A stretch of DNA of 64,000 nucleotides, from the IMG/VR virus record IMGVR_UViG_3300042305_002533, positions 66,679 through 130,678 of that record. One strand, 5' to 3'. The notes under the pieces were generated by a model. The model had not been told where the DNA came from, did no database searches, and worked only from the letters and a program-made list of their open reading frames with translations. The stretch's first letter is position 1, and each line of letters begins with the position of its first letter. Shown in pieces: positions 10,901 through 18,201 of this stretch. The translations under genes were made by a program, and so were the position numbers. Source of the stretch: a virus.

Positions 10901-10967
10901 GTCTGACGACGCGCTATGCTATTACCCAGCGGAGAGTGTGACGGGCTATGAACCGCAAGCTAGCTGA
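4989..10967 (+). CDS. rpoBC: phage DNA-directed RNA polymerase, fused beta plus beta' N-terminal half, with intein and pyrophosphatase-like insertion
   Basis: Beta motifs NQIRRKPG, TPE, NRAIMGSKMGTQALPL, GDKLAGRYGNKGVV; beta' motifs PVIPPVFRP, NRAPTLH and catalytic NLDYDGD (NADFDGD equivalent). Confidence 0.93.
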   Translation: MTQLTPVLTDAETLRGKIHEKVTGALTNVFPMDLKGRTLEVKDIKVHHRDYSSDEQKKALLSGDSLQTPVKGTLVLKGADGRVIDEAKNFTLVHIPYMTPRHTVIADGNEYQFANQIRRKPGVYTQRAENGELKTIFNTGRGDNFNLSFNEAKGTFSLQYGTSNIPLYATLRGLGVTHDEISKHLGEGVAKANQVAHEKHIDTAISKLYQKLEHPAVYDPKLPHVAKAEAIKKKYSIASLDPDVTEHTLGQAHDRVTPTALLHAAKKMLAVHNGKIPVDDTDSLTFKTFHAVDDFLAERIRLTARTWTPKAKMAFSGKNNIREALRPAPFSDSIRKFVTTSSLTAVPSGINPLELMDHAVKVTSLGEGGISSDRAIPLDARMTHATHFGALDPIRTPECLTGDAEVFTATGWKRADALTESDALACRIDGRLEFHKPERLIAAHYSGPLHGVNTGKLEYLVTPNHRVWCAPVDAVYPLDQPHGTGWRFSRADEIHAKPRVFDTGHGAFIGAGPDTFQLPEVDGAHNVRNAGPIPMPDWAAFMGWYLSEGSIGRHEGRLTHVLISQDRTANPDCCDAIEALLSRLPFGWRYDAASRAFAISGKQLASYLEPFGFSQDKYIPESFFNTSIEARENLLEALLLGDGRINSVRATGKNYKQQVFCTTSARLAEGVERLAISLGKSPRTRRYSDKREERYLDTYEVRLLRDRYRQAVPRKGHYYVRLHDGLVYCATVPGGLMYIRYGAGIGHWSGNSGHAGVDIRATIAAHRDDRGNFYTAMKDVKTGKQVFVRAGDLVKNVVAFPGQNLKGGVKAFVNGKIEEVPGSRVTHEMLHLSHQYSPATSLIPMIHNIQGNRAIMGSKMGTQALPLLDRETPYVQVKSHLPGEVSFEKVYGHLTVPTSPVHGTVEKIQDGYIYIRPHGEKKAEDRPVLEQRKLGPHTFNLEMMRHQFEDAPGRLTTRSGNWDYGHLPGYTGPDGDSLDFFVGDHPDGHIFSFDKQHNADGKGWKTTDTKFVVGVTPEQKAEFRRRQAVYNSGPAPMRHANIREFKDWNHLQQHINEHFKNEKVAAAKDDGLIKVPYETNFPFPSKTYLHHDIQVKPGQTVQQGQRLGDSNFTRNGTLALGKNLLVGYMAYHGLNSNDAVVISESCSKKLTSEHMYREIYPLSSQIELSRDKHKSYYGTKFTPQQYAKLDASGVIKPGTRVDPKDPLVLGLTRAQIQGQDLLLGRISKSLTKPYKDVVLQWEHGTPGVVVEVLRSSGQIAILIKTQEQMQVGDKLAGRYGNKGVVAKIVADHEMIKDEKGRPLDLILTSAGVVSRINPAQVIETAVGKVVEKTGKPILYDNQEHKDAVQWAKGLLKEHGIKDKEHVFDPVTKRTIVGPDGKGVLVGRQFIYKLFKSTDTNFSGHGVGPYDVNEQPLKTGGDESAKGIGKMEFDAIVAHNARNFLQEAASIKSQKNDEFWRAIQLGMPLPTPKPSFAFNKFTAMLEGAGIKVDKRGSKFKLLPLTDKDITQRSKGAITEKETLIAKNLKPIKDGLFDPLKTGGPQGTLYSHIDLHEPIPNPVFTEPVRRLLGLSTKDFEQRLHDHGGAWFHKELQKIDVDTKLNELTKAMNKAAGPELDNLVKQVKYLRALKSENLKPHEAYILSKVPVIPPVFRPVLPEMRDPSKLMVADANKLYGHLLDTNNTLKTTALESDRGKHRALVFKSVGAVFGMNDPEDEKLQKQEVKGFLQNIAGVGSPKGGFFQRRLMRRTQDVSGRGTAVPDGNLGMDEVGIPEQMLWQMLDKLIVARLVRQGYSALQARELVDKKAPVAREAMLAESRERPVLINRAPTLHRWSVVAAYPKPVQGKTIRVNPFVEKGMNLDYDGDTLQVHAPVQPGAVEDAKKMTLSQMLLADQQRNKLMAFPQHEAIIGFTLASKATPTGPAHRFKTRDEAMAAWRSGKLKLTDGVIIEHEKKAGADDFSEPLDGTPMTSDDALCYYPAESVTGYEPQAS
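6183..7241 (+). mobile_element. intein with LAGLIDADG homing endonuclease in RNAP beta
   Basis: TPE|CLTGDAEV start, VTPNH block B, FMGWYLSEG and LLEALLLGDG helices, ends VYCATV..WSGN|S; 353 aa. Confidence 0.9.
7758..8183 (+). other. inorganic pyrophosphatase-like (InPase) domain inserted in RNAP beta
   Basis: DYGHLPGYTGPDGDSLDFFVG matches the family I PPase YG..DGDPLD motif; flanked by KKA and KVA; paralogue in 51271..52539. Confidence 0.75.
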
Positions 10968-11559
10968 CATGTTGAGCGGGGGCCTGACTTCGACGTCGAT
11001 CAAGCGCCCAGGCGAGCCAATGATTCACGCCGTGAAAACGGAAGGCCCGCTCGGTAACCTGTTGAAGTCGATGGTCCCCGGGCCCTCGATGCACGTGATG
11101 CTCCGCGACATGGTGCCGTCGGCGATGAGCGGCGATGATTGCGGCTGCGACAACGTAGAAATCTTGAAGAAGCTGTCGTCCAAGAAGTACCAGCTGATCC
11201 TCGCGTACATTCATTACGGAGATCAACTACGGGCGCTCTACCGGGACGGCATCTACGAGCACTTTCAGGAGCACCTGGAAGAGGAGCGCGCCCAGCTCTA
11301 TCAGATCAACAAGAAGGTCACCGCCCTGGGGCATGACGCACCTTGTTGTCCGGGCGAAGTGCCGCCGGTGCCGCTCAACGACGCCAAGGCGATTTTTCGT
11401 GTCGCCCTGAAGATCGAAGAAGAATCGGTGCAACTCTGGTCCGATCTTTTCCGTCAAACCGACGACGACGTCGCCCTCAACGGCATGGCCCAGACGTATG
11501 CCCAGGAGTGCCAGGGGCACGCAGACGATCTGAAGCGCTATCTGCGGAGCTGTGAATGA
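10948..11559 (+). CDS. ferritin-like (bacterioferritin/Dps superfamily) protein
   Basis: EHFQEHLEEE, ALKIEEE and QECQGHADDL helices of a ferritin four-helix bundle in the C-terminal ~140 aa. Confidence 0.7.
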   Translation: MNRKLADMLSGGLTSTSIKRPGEPMIHAVKTEGPLGNLLKSMVPGPSMHVMLRDMVPSAMSGDDCGCDNVEILKKLSSKKYQLILAYIHYGDQLRALYRDGIYEHFQEHLEEERAQLYQINKKVTALGHDAPCCPGEVPPVPLNDAKAIFRVALKIEEESVQLWSDLFRQTDDDVALNGMAQTYAQECQGHADDLKRYLRSCE

Positions 11560-11933
11560 GTCACGTTAGCGGCCACGAGACACCTCAAGTAAAACGAGAG
11601 CGCGGGTTCTACCGGGACCCCGATCCCCGTTTCAAAGACTTCAAGGGGAAGTTTGAGGACGCATCTCGGAGCAATGGCGAACGGCAGATCAAAGAGGCGG
11701 CGATTCGACACGTGCTTGCCAAGTTCGCGCTACTCGACGAGGCCGGGAACCCCATCGACGGCCTCACCGAAATTATCCGGGGCGACGACTTCGGCTATAC
11801 TAAGCGCCGCGCTGGACGGCCGGCCCGGATGAGTGATGAAAAACCTGTCTGGGGGCCGCCATCCGGACTCGGTGCAGGTTGGACGGCGGATCAACTAGGC
11901 TGGAACCAGGGCGTGTCGTACGGAGGTGTGTAA
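11556..11933 (+). CDS. putative virion internal protein
   Basis: ATGA overlap; carries KEAAIRHVLAKFAL tag-like motif. Confidence 0.6.
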   Translation: MSHVSGHETPQVKRERGFYRDPDPRFKDFKGKFEDASRSNGERQIKEAAIRHVLAKFALLDEAGNPIDGLTEIIRGDDFGYTKRRAGRPARMSDEKPVWGPPSGLGAGWTADQLGWNQGVSYGGV

Positions 11934-13213
11934 TGTCTGATGGGACTAACGTGGCTGACGCCGCGAAGAAGATCGACTTTAAGAAAATCTACGAAGGCGC
12001 AAAAGACCTCGGGCTCAAGGGCTACGAAGGCGCAAAAGACCTCGGGCTCAAGGGCTACGAAGGAGCGCGAAAATATCTCCTTGATCCTGCTTACGAGGGC
12101 GCAAAAGGCTTCGTTACAAGCCCGACGGCGGCTGTTAGCCAGCTGGGCACAGATCTATCAACCCTCGCCCCAACGGCCGCCCGTGCGCTGGGGACTGTCG
12201 CCGTACCGATTGCCGGTTACGAAGTTGGCAAACGTATCGTTGGTGGACGAAAGCACGATCACGACGACCATCACGGAATGGTCGTCATGGCTTCCGAAAA
12301 AGTAGCTGAAATTCAGCAGGCGGCACAGTACGCCGTGCTGGCGCATTACAAACTGGCTTTCAGCCCTATCCAGGCCGGCGGCCAGGCCTTGAAGACCTTC
12401 GGCGGCGCAGTTCGCCAAGGGTTTGGGGCGTTGCGCGGTGAAGGCGGGTCTCTGGCAAACGCCGGGAAAGCTTTCATGCAGGCGGGCGGCGGGAATGCCG
12501 CTGCAAATATTGGGGCGGGGAGCGCCGCAGCCCTAGGCACCACCTATCTTGCCGGCCGGGGGCTAGGGGCGGGCTTGCGTAGCGGGCAGCAAAAGAACGG
12601 GTTTGCAATCACCCCCTCGGGGCATGCGCTCGACGCCGCCCGAGCACGGAACGCCATGCAGAGCCGCCAAGAGATGCAAGACATCGACAAGGCGTACGCC
12701 GAAAAAAACCCGATCATTGGGGCTATATCTTACAACCCTATTTCGCGCGCGTATGATGCCGCACGCCTGCGGATGCTGCAGGACACGGCGGGTAAGCATG
12801 AACGCGGAGAAAACGCGTACAACCCGCTCGGGGGGCTGCTAACGCCCCTTGAAGCAACGCCAAAGACGGCGTTTGTGCTGCCCGCACTTGCCGCGCTTAA
12901 AGGGGCATACGTTGCTAAACATTTGGGCCCCACGATCACCGATGCGGGCCATGAGTATGAGTCTGCGCTGGCTCGTAAAAACATGCGAGATCTGGAGCGC
13001 GAGGAGGCGGCCTTGTCTGCCTATGACACCGCCAACCCAAAGGCGGGCCGCACTATACAAGAGCGCGAAGACGCAGGCCGCCTAATGGAACTGCGCGCCC
13101 GAGGTCTTTCGCACATAGCGAGGCAGCACGATCAGGGGCGGCTCGCCATAAATCCCTTCGGGGGACGTCTCACTCCGAGCGAACTAGCAGAAAAAGCTCT
13201 GCAACCACGCTAA
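11933..13213 (+). CDS. putative modular virion internal protein
   Basis: Start at ATG 11933 after GGAGG; AAQYAVLAHYKLA motif, Gly/Ala hydrophobic segments, duplicated C-terminal module. Confidence 0.7.
   Translation: MSDGTNVADAAKKIDFKKIYEGAKDLGLKGYEGAKDLGLKGYEGARKYLLDPAYEGAKGFVTSPTAAVSQLGTDLSTLAPTAARALGTVAVPIAGYEVGKRIVGGRKHDHDDHHGMVVMASEKVAEIQQAAQYAVLAHYKLAFSPIQAGGQALKTFGGAVRQGFGALRGEGGSLANAGKAFMQAGGGNAAANIGAGSAAALGTTYLAGRGLGAGLRSGQQKNGFAITPSGHALDAARARNAMQSRQEMQDIDKAYAEKNPIIGAISYNPISRAYDAARLRMLQDTAGKHERGENAYNPLGGLLTPLEATPKTAFVLPALAALKGAYVAKHLGPTITDAGHEYESALARKNMRDLEREEAALSAYDTANPKAGRTIQEREDAGRLMELRARGLSHIARQHDQGRLAINPFGGRLTPSELAEKALQPR
11989..12063 (+). repeat. 33-bp tandem repeat (YEGAKDLGLKG), about 2.3 copies
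   Basis: ctacgaaggcgcaaaagacctcgggctcaaggg repeated. Confidence 0.85.
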
Positions 13214-13222
13214 ACTAGGCGC

Positions 13223-15028
13223 ATGCCTACGCCCATCTCCGTTGGTCACTTCTTGATCAACGACGTCTTGCCCGAGACCCACAAAATCACCGGGCCGGTC
13301 ACGAACAAAAACGTGCACGATCACGTCGTCGGTCTGGCCAAAGCTAACCCCGCCGAGTACGTGAACGTCATCACGGCGCTTAAGCGGCGAGGCGACGAAA
13401 TTGCCACACTTGAAGGTGTGAGCGTCGGCCTTGACGACATCGCACCCGATTACAAAGCACGCGACGCGATCTTGAAACCCGCGATTGCGAAGATTGAAAA
13501 AGCCAAGACCGAGAGCGAGCGGGAAAAGCTCGTCATCGAGGCGCAGAACGCGCTACTGGAGTACACAAAAAAGCACCCCGGCTCGATGACGCATATGGCA
13601 CTTTCCGGAGCGCGCGGAAACCCCGCACAGCTCATGAAGATCGTCGCGACGCCGCTGGCGGCGGTGCACCCGAAGCACGGTATCGAGCGGATACCCATCA
13701 AGCGGAGCTACTCCGAAGGGTTGACCGCCGCCGAGTACTGGTCGACCGTGCCTGAGGTTCGCGCCAATAACGTCGCTACCGTGGTGTCGGTCTCCGAGCC
13801 CGGAGAAGTCGCCAAAGTCCTCGTCAACAACATGATCGGGACGACTGTCACGCGGCCGGATTGCGGAACAAAAAACGGCGTGCACATGCGCCTCGACGAC
13901 GGCCACATTCTGGACCGGTACGCACAAGCCAGTCACGGAGTAGCCCGCAACACCTTGATTACCCCCCGGCTCGTACAGGAGCTTAAAAGCAAAAACATCC
14001 AAGAGCTCCTCGTGCGCTCACCGATGACGTGCGCCGCTTCGCATGGCGTCTGCCAGCATTGCCAAGGGCACAGCGAAAAGGGGCAGCTTCACGGGATTGG
14101 CGCTCCGGTGGGCGTGCGTGCCGCACAGGCCCTGGCGGAGCCTTTGACACAGATGGCGCTCTCCTCGAAGCACGCCGTACTAACAATCAAAGAAAAAAAG
14201 TTGGAGCCTACGGGCCTCAAAGGTTTCCGCCAATACCTTGAAATTCCAAAAGCGTTCAAATACGAAGCGGTACTCGCCCCGCAAGCCGGGCTTGTAACAA
14301 AAATTGAGAAGGCGCCGCAAGGCGGGCACTATGTTGTCGTTGGTGCTGAAAAGCTTTACGTCCGCCCAGAACTCAGCGTTACCGCGCACGTCGGGATGCA
14401 CGTAGAGCACGGAGACGCTTTGACCAACGGTGTGCCTAATCCGCAAAAAATCGTCGCCGCAAAAGGCCTCGGGGCGGGCCGCGCATATTACGTCGGGGCC
14501 ATTCACCGGGTCTACCAAGGCGAAGGCATAAACTTGGATAGGCGTCACCTGGAGCTCTTGGCCAAGAGCGAGATGAACCACGTCCGCCTTCTAGACGCCG
14601 ACCCAGAACACCCCGAGTTTCTCAAAGGCGACGTCATTAACTACAACGCCTTCCGAGAAGCGTACTCCAAAGACGTCACACACATGCCGCTCTCCGAAGC
14701 TATAGGAAAGCGGCTGGGGCAAGAGATACTACACCACACGGTCGGAACCCCAATAACGCCGGCTCTTGTAAACGAGCTGAAAAGCAAAGGCGTTCGCGAG
14801 GTCCTTGTAAACAAGCGGCTCCCTCCGGTAGAATTTGTGATGAAACCATTCACCATGAACCCGCTACACGAAAGTGATTGGATGGCGCGGCTGGCGCACC
14901 GGTACCTCAAGGGGTCCATTCAGCAGGCGGCGCAATTTGGAGAAACGTCCGACATTCATGGCGCCCACCCAATTCCGGCTTACGCTTACGGAGCCGAACT
15001 TCGCCACGGCCCGTCGGGCGGATACTGA
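13223..15028 (+). CDS. rpoC: phage RNA polymerase beta' C-terminal half
   Basis: SGARG, SYSEGLTAAEYW, DCGT, VRSPMTC..GVCQHCQG Zn site, trigger helix GVRAAQALAEPLTQ, RRHLELL. Confidence 0.92.
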   Translation: MPTPISVGHFLINDVLPETHKITGPVTNKNVHDHVVGLAKANPAEYVNVITALKRRGDEIATLEGVSVGLDDIAPDYKARDAILKPAIAKIEKAKTESEREKLVIEAQNALLEYTKKHPGSMTHMALSGARGNPAQLMKIVATPLAAVHPKHGIERIPIKRSYSEGLTAAEYWSTVPEVRANNVATVVSVSEPGEVAKVLVNNMIGTTVTRPDCGTKNGVHMRLDDGHILDRYAQASHGVARNTLITPRLVQELKSKNIQELLVRSPMTCAASHGVCQHCQGHSEKGQLHGIGAPVGVRAAQALAEPLTQMALSSKHAVLTIKEKKLEPTGLKGFRQYLEIPKAFKYEAVLAPQAGLVTKIEKAPQGGHYVVVGAEKLYVRPELSVTAHVGMHVEHGDALTNGVPNPQKIVAAKGLGAGRAYYVGAIHRVYQGEGINLDRRHLELLAKSEMNHVRLLDADPEHPEFLKGDVINYNAFREAYSKDVTHMPLSEAIGKRLGQEILHHTVGTPITPALVNELKSKGVREVLVNKRLPPVEFVMKPFTMNPLHESDWMARLAHRYLKGSIQQAAQFGETSDIHGAHPIPAYAYGAELRHGPSGGY

Positions 15029-15933
15029 TGTACAACTTTCACGACGTGAAAATTGCAGCCGCTGAAGCGGCACTAAGCCGGTACGGGCTGGACAAGACAG
15101 CCACGATGGCTGACTTCCTCGCGGGGCTTAAACGCACCGGTCAAGGTGCGGGAGTCGGCGGAGCCGTTGGCGGAGTCCTGGGCGCGGCCAAGGGGTTATA
15201 TGAAGGCCCGGCGCGCGAAGACGGAGCCCCCGCAACCTTCTCCGAAAGATTGAGGGAGGCGGGGCGGCAGGGGCTTCGAACCGGCCTGCTGGGCGCGGCG
15301 GTAGGGGGCCTCCACGGCCTATCTAAAAAAGGTCCTGAGATGGGTCGTGGCGGAACCGGCGCCGAACCCAATCTCTTGCGGCGTTTGTTTACCGCAAAGA
15401 CCGGCCCGGGCGTGAGCCTCATTAAAGAGCTTCCCCGCGAGGTTGTTTTTGGAAGCCCCTTGACGCTCGCGCGCCAACACAACATTTTAACGAGGTATCT
15501 CGCGGGGCCCGGGGCGCCAATTACGGCCAAGCACCACCTTCAAGCCATCGGAAAAGGTTTCAAGAACTTTTACTGGAGCCCTAATATCGGCGCGAACACG
15601 CCTGGGGCGAAAGCGTGGCACTACTCCACCCAGGCGCTTAATTTAGGGCTAAGCGGTCTAGACCTGTACAACGCCGCCAAAACTGACGATCCAAATGTTC
15701 GTCGTGGTGACATCGCAAGCGCGGTTGCAGGCCTGGCCACTGCTCCGATTGCTAGCCGCCTTGGAATTCCGGGAGCTATTTTGAGTGACGCTATCCGAAC
15801 CGGGGCGCGAAAATTGGTTCAAAAAGACACTCCGCGATACACGCCAGAGTATGATCCTCAAGAACATCTTCTCTTGGCACTCAAAGGGCTGCGCGCTTAC
15901 GACGACGTAAACACGCTGCCGCCCTCGACCTAA
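15028..15933 (+). CDS. putative virion internal protein with glycine-zipper hairpin
   Basis: ATG overlaps the rpoC-like TGA; N-terminal AAEAALSRYGLDKTA, then GAGVGGAVGGVLG and GLLGAAVGG. Confidence 0.72.
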   Translation: MYNFHDVKIAAAEAALSRYGLDKTATMADFLAGLKRTGQGAGVGGAVGGVLGAAKGLYEGPAREDGAPATFSERLREAGRQGLRTGLLGAAVGGLHGLSKKGPEMGRGGTGAEPNLLRRLFTAKTGPGVSLIKELPREVVFGSPLTLARQHNILTRYLAGPGAPITAKHHLQAIGKGFKNFYWSPNIGANTPGAKAWHYSTQALNLGLSGLDLYNAAKTDDPNVRRGDIASAVAGLATAPIASRLGIPGAILSDAIRTGARKLVQKDTPRYTPEYDPQEHLLLALKGLRAYDDVNTLPPST

Positions 15934-15960
15934 CATGTCAGCGATAAGGAGCTTCGCAAA

Positions 15961-18123
15961 ATGAGTCTGCTAAAGCATGCAATGGTGGCCGGCATCAATG
16001 ACGCCCTCGTCGACAATGGTGTCGTGTCGTGGCCGAATGAGGCGGTCGGGTTCGAGGTGTGCTCGAAGATCGCGGCCGATCTAGACGGCCCCGACGTGCT
16101 GCCCGAGGGCGGCCTCTCGGGGGAGAGCGCGCTCCTCATCGGTAATCGGATCAAGGAGGCCTCGGAGCTTCTGATCGCCAATGGCTATGGCCAAGACCCG
16201 GAGTCGGCGCTGCGCACCAAGCAAGCAGCGGAGATGAACTTCGAGGACCGCGCTGCGATGGTAGCCGAGGCGTGTATGTCGAAGGCCGCCGCCGAGGCGT
16301 CGCTCACCGACGTTGGGCCGAATACCGCAGAGTCGGCGGCGCAGACCGATCAGCATGCGGCGCTTGATCTCAAGAACCGCGCCATGAACAAGTACCTCAC
16401 CGGCGTCGGCCGTACGATGTTCCCGAGCGGGGGCGTCATAGGCCAGCAGATGATGGCGCCCGAGCGCCAGTCGGGCCCTGCGATTTCTAACAGCCTGACG
16501 TCGTTGGATAAGCAGGCGAATGTATCGCGTCGAGAGATGGCGGAGTACCTGGCAGGTCTCGGCTTATCCCCCCAGCAAATTGCAGAGCAGCTGGGCCCGG
16601 AGCCGCGCATGGATAAGCTGCGGGAGGGCCTTGGCCGAGCGGGCGGGACTATCGCCGATTACCTCGGCCGCATCCCCACAAACCCCTTCGCGGGTGCGGG
16701 CGGGCAAGGCGTGCTCGGTGGGGCGAAGCACATCGGCGGAAACCTTCTACGGCACCCGGGCACCCATGCCGCCGCGCTCGCCACTGCTCTGTATGGTGGC
16801 AACAAGCTTATTAAAGGGCTAACTGCGGACAAGGCAGACGCTGACGCTTTTATGCAAGCCGCCGCCGACGGCGGCAATGCAGAGATGGCCGACTATTTGG
16901 CCAGTAAGCAGGCCAACGAAGACATGGCCGCTGCTGACCTCGCCGAGGCGTCGGACATGACTCCGGGGCCGACCCCGGGGGCCCTACAGCGCGCAATGAT
17001 GTTCCTTAGCGGGCTGAAGAACCGTATCCCGAGTTTCCGCCCGAGCCCGGAGGCTGTAGCGGCCGCCTCCGGCCTTGGGGAAGAGGGCGCTCCCGGGATG
17101 GAAGTCATGGCGCACCTCCTTGATGGCGTGAAGACCGCCGAGGATGCCGAAGCCGCGCTGCAGCACGTATTCGAGTTGCAAGTTGCGAACGAGAAGACCG
17201 CGTCGGTCCAGCTGTATGAGGCGGTGCAGGAGAAGGTTGCTGACGAGGCTGCGGCCGCTGCGCAAGGCGCCAAGGAAGCCCCCGGGGCGCTCCGCCAAGC
17301 CGGAGCCGCAATAATGCGCAACAAGCTTCGGACAGGCGCAGCGCTAGCAGGAACTGCCGCTGCCTTCTACGGCGGCAAGAAGTACCTCGACCACCGCAAG
17401 GCCAAGAGGGAAGAGGCGGCCAAGAAGGAAGAGGAGTCGAAGGCAGAAGAGAAGGCGGCGGCGCTTCTTGAGTACCTGAAGCAGGCTTCCGAGGGCGAGG
17501 CCGCTGCGAAAGCAGTTACGGACGCCGGCAAGGAAGCCCCCGGGGCGTTCCGCCGAGCCGGAGAAGCAGTAATGCGCAACAAGCTTCGGACAGGCGCAGC
17601 GCTAGCAGGAACTGCCGCTGCCTTCTACGGCGGCAAGAAGTACCTCGACCACCGCAAGGCCAAGAAGGAAGAGGCGGCGCGCCAGCAAGAAATGTCGCCC
17701 AAGGCGGCCTCTCTACTGGAGTACCTCAAGGCCGCTGCGGACGGTTCGCTTACGGACGTCGGGGAGAACACGCCCGAGTCGGCCGCGCTGACCGACTCCG
17801 TGGCTGAACTCGACATGCAGAACCGCTCGCCCAATGAGTACCTCATGGGCGTCGGCAAGACCCGCATGTCGAACAAGGGCCAGGTCTACGCCGTGGAGGA
17901 CGCGGGCCAGGACAATCCCGTGCAGACGCACAATCTGCCCACGGACGAGACCAAGAGCGCTGAGCTTGCGTACGTGAACAACTTCCGCAAGATCGCCGCC
18001 GATCTCGGGCCTTACCTTCCCGCGACCATGAGCCGCGACGAGAAGGTTGCGCACCTTCAGACCATGCTCGGCCTCCCGCCGTCCGAGCGCGTCCAGTACG
18101 TGCAGGCTCTTCGCGCCGGCTGA
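15961..18123 (+). CDS. putative head core/internal protein with many KxA motifs and internal duplications
   Basis: 720 aa, AAGGAG RBS, Ala-rich, about 15 K-x-A sites. Confidence 0.75.
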   Translation: MSLLKHAMVAGINDALVDNGVVSWPNEAVGFEVCSKIAADLDGPDVLPEGGLSGESALLIGNRIKEASELLIANGYGQDPESALRTKQAAEMNFEDRAAMVAEACMSKAAAEASLTDVGPNTAESAAQTDQHAALDLKNRAMNKYLTGVGRTMFPSGGVIGQQMMAPERQSGPAISNSLTSLDKQANVSRREMAEYLAGLGLSPQQIAEQLGPEPRMDKLREGLGRAGGTIADYLGRIPTNPFAGAGGQGVLGGAKHIGGNLLRHPGTHAAALATALYGGNKLIKGLTADKADADAFMQAAADGGNAEMADYLASKQANEDMAAADLAEASDMTPGPTPGALQRAMMFLSGLKNRIPSFRPSPEAVAAASGLGEEGAPGMEVMAHLLDGVKTAEDAEAALQHVFELQVANEKTASVQLYEAVQEKVADEAAAAAQGAKEAPGALRQAGAAIMRNKLRTGAALAGTAAAFYGGKKYLDHRKAKREEAAKKEEESKAEEKAAALLEYLKQASEGEAAAKAVTDAGKEAPGAFRRAGEAVMRNKLRTGAALAGTAAAFYGGKKYLDHRKAKKEEAARQQEMSPKAASLLEYLKAAADGSLTDVGENTPESAALTDSVAELDMQNRSPNEYLMGVGKTRMSNKGQVYAVEDAGQDNPVQTHNLPTDETKSAELAYVNNFRKIAADLGPYLPATMSRDEKVAHLQTMLGLPPSERVQYVQALRAG
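17312..17665 (+). repeat. 96-bp identical direct repeat (17312-17407 and 17570-17665)
   Basis: Encodes MRNKLRTGAALAGTAAAFYGGKKYLDHRKAK twice, offset 258 nt. Confidence 0.9.
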
Positions 18124-18145
18124 AATCGCTTACAGCTAGCGCCTC

Positions 18146-18188
18146 CCAAACGCCTGCGGCTATACTAGCCGCAGGCGTTTGGCTTTTT
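18146..18188 (+). terminator. intrinsic terminator, 17-bp perfect stem, TATACT at the apex
   Basis: ccaaacgcctgcggcta-tac-tagccgcaggcgtttgg followed by cttttt. Confidence 0.75.
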
Positions 18189-18201
18189 GAGGAGCAGCAC
18201 A

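Noticed and set aside
4989-15028. Cellular rpoBC operon
   Set aside because: No ribosomal protein or nusG neighbours, highly diverged sequence, split beta', and embedded among portal and capsid genes.
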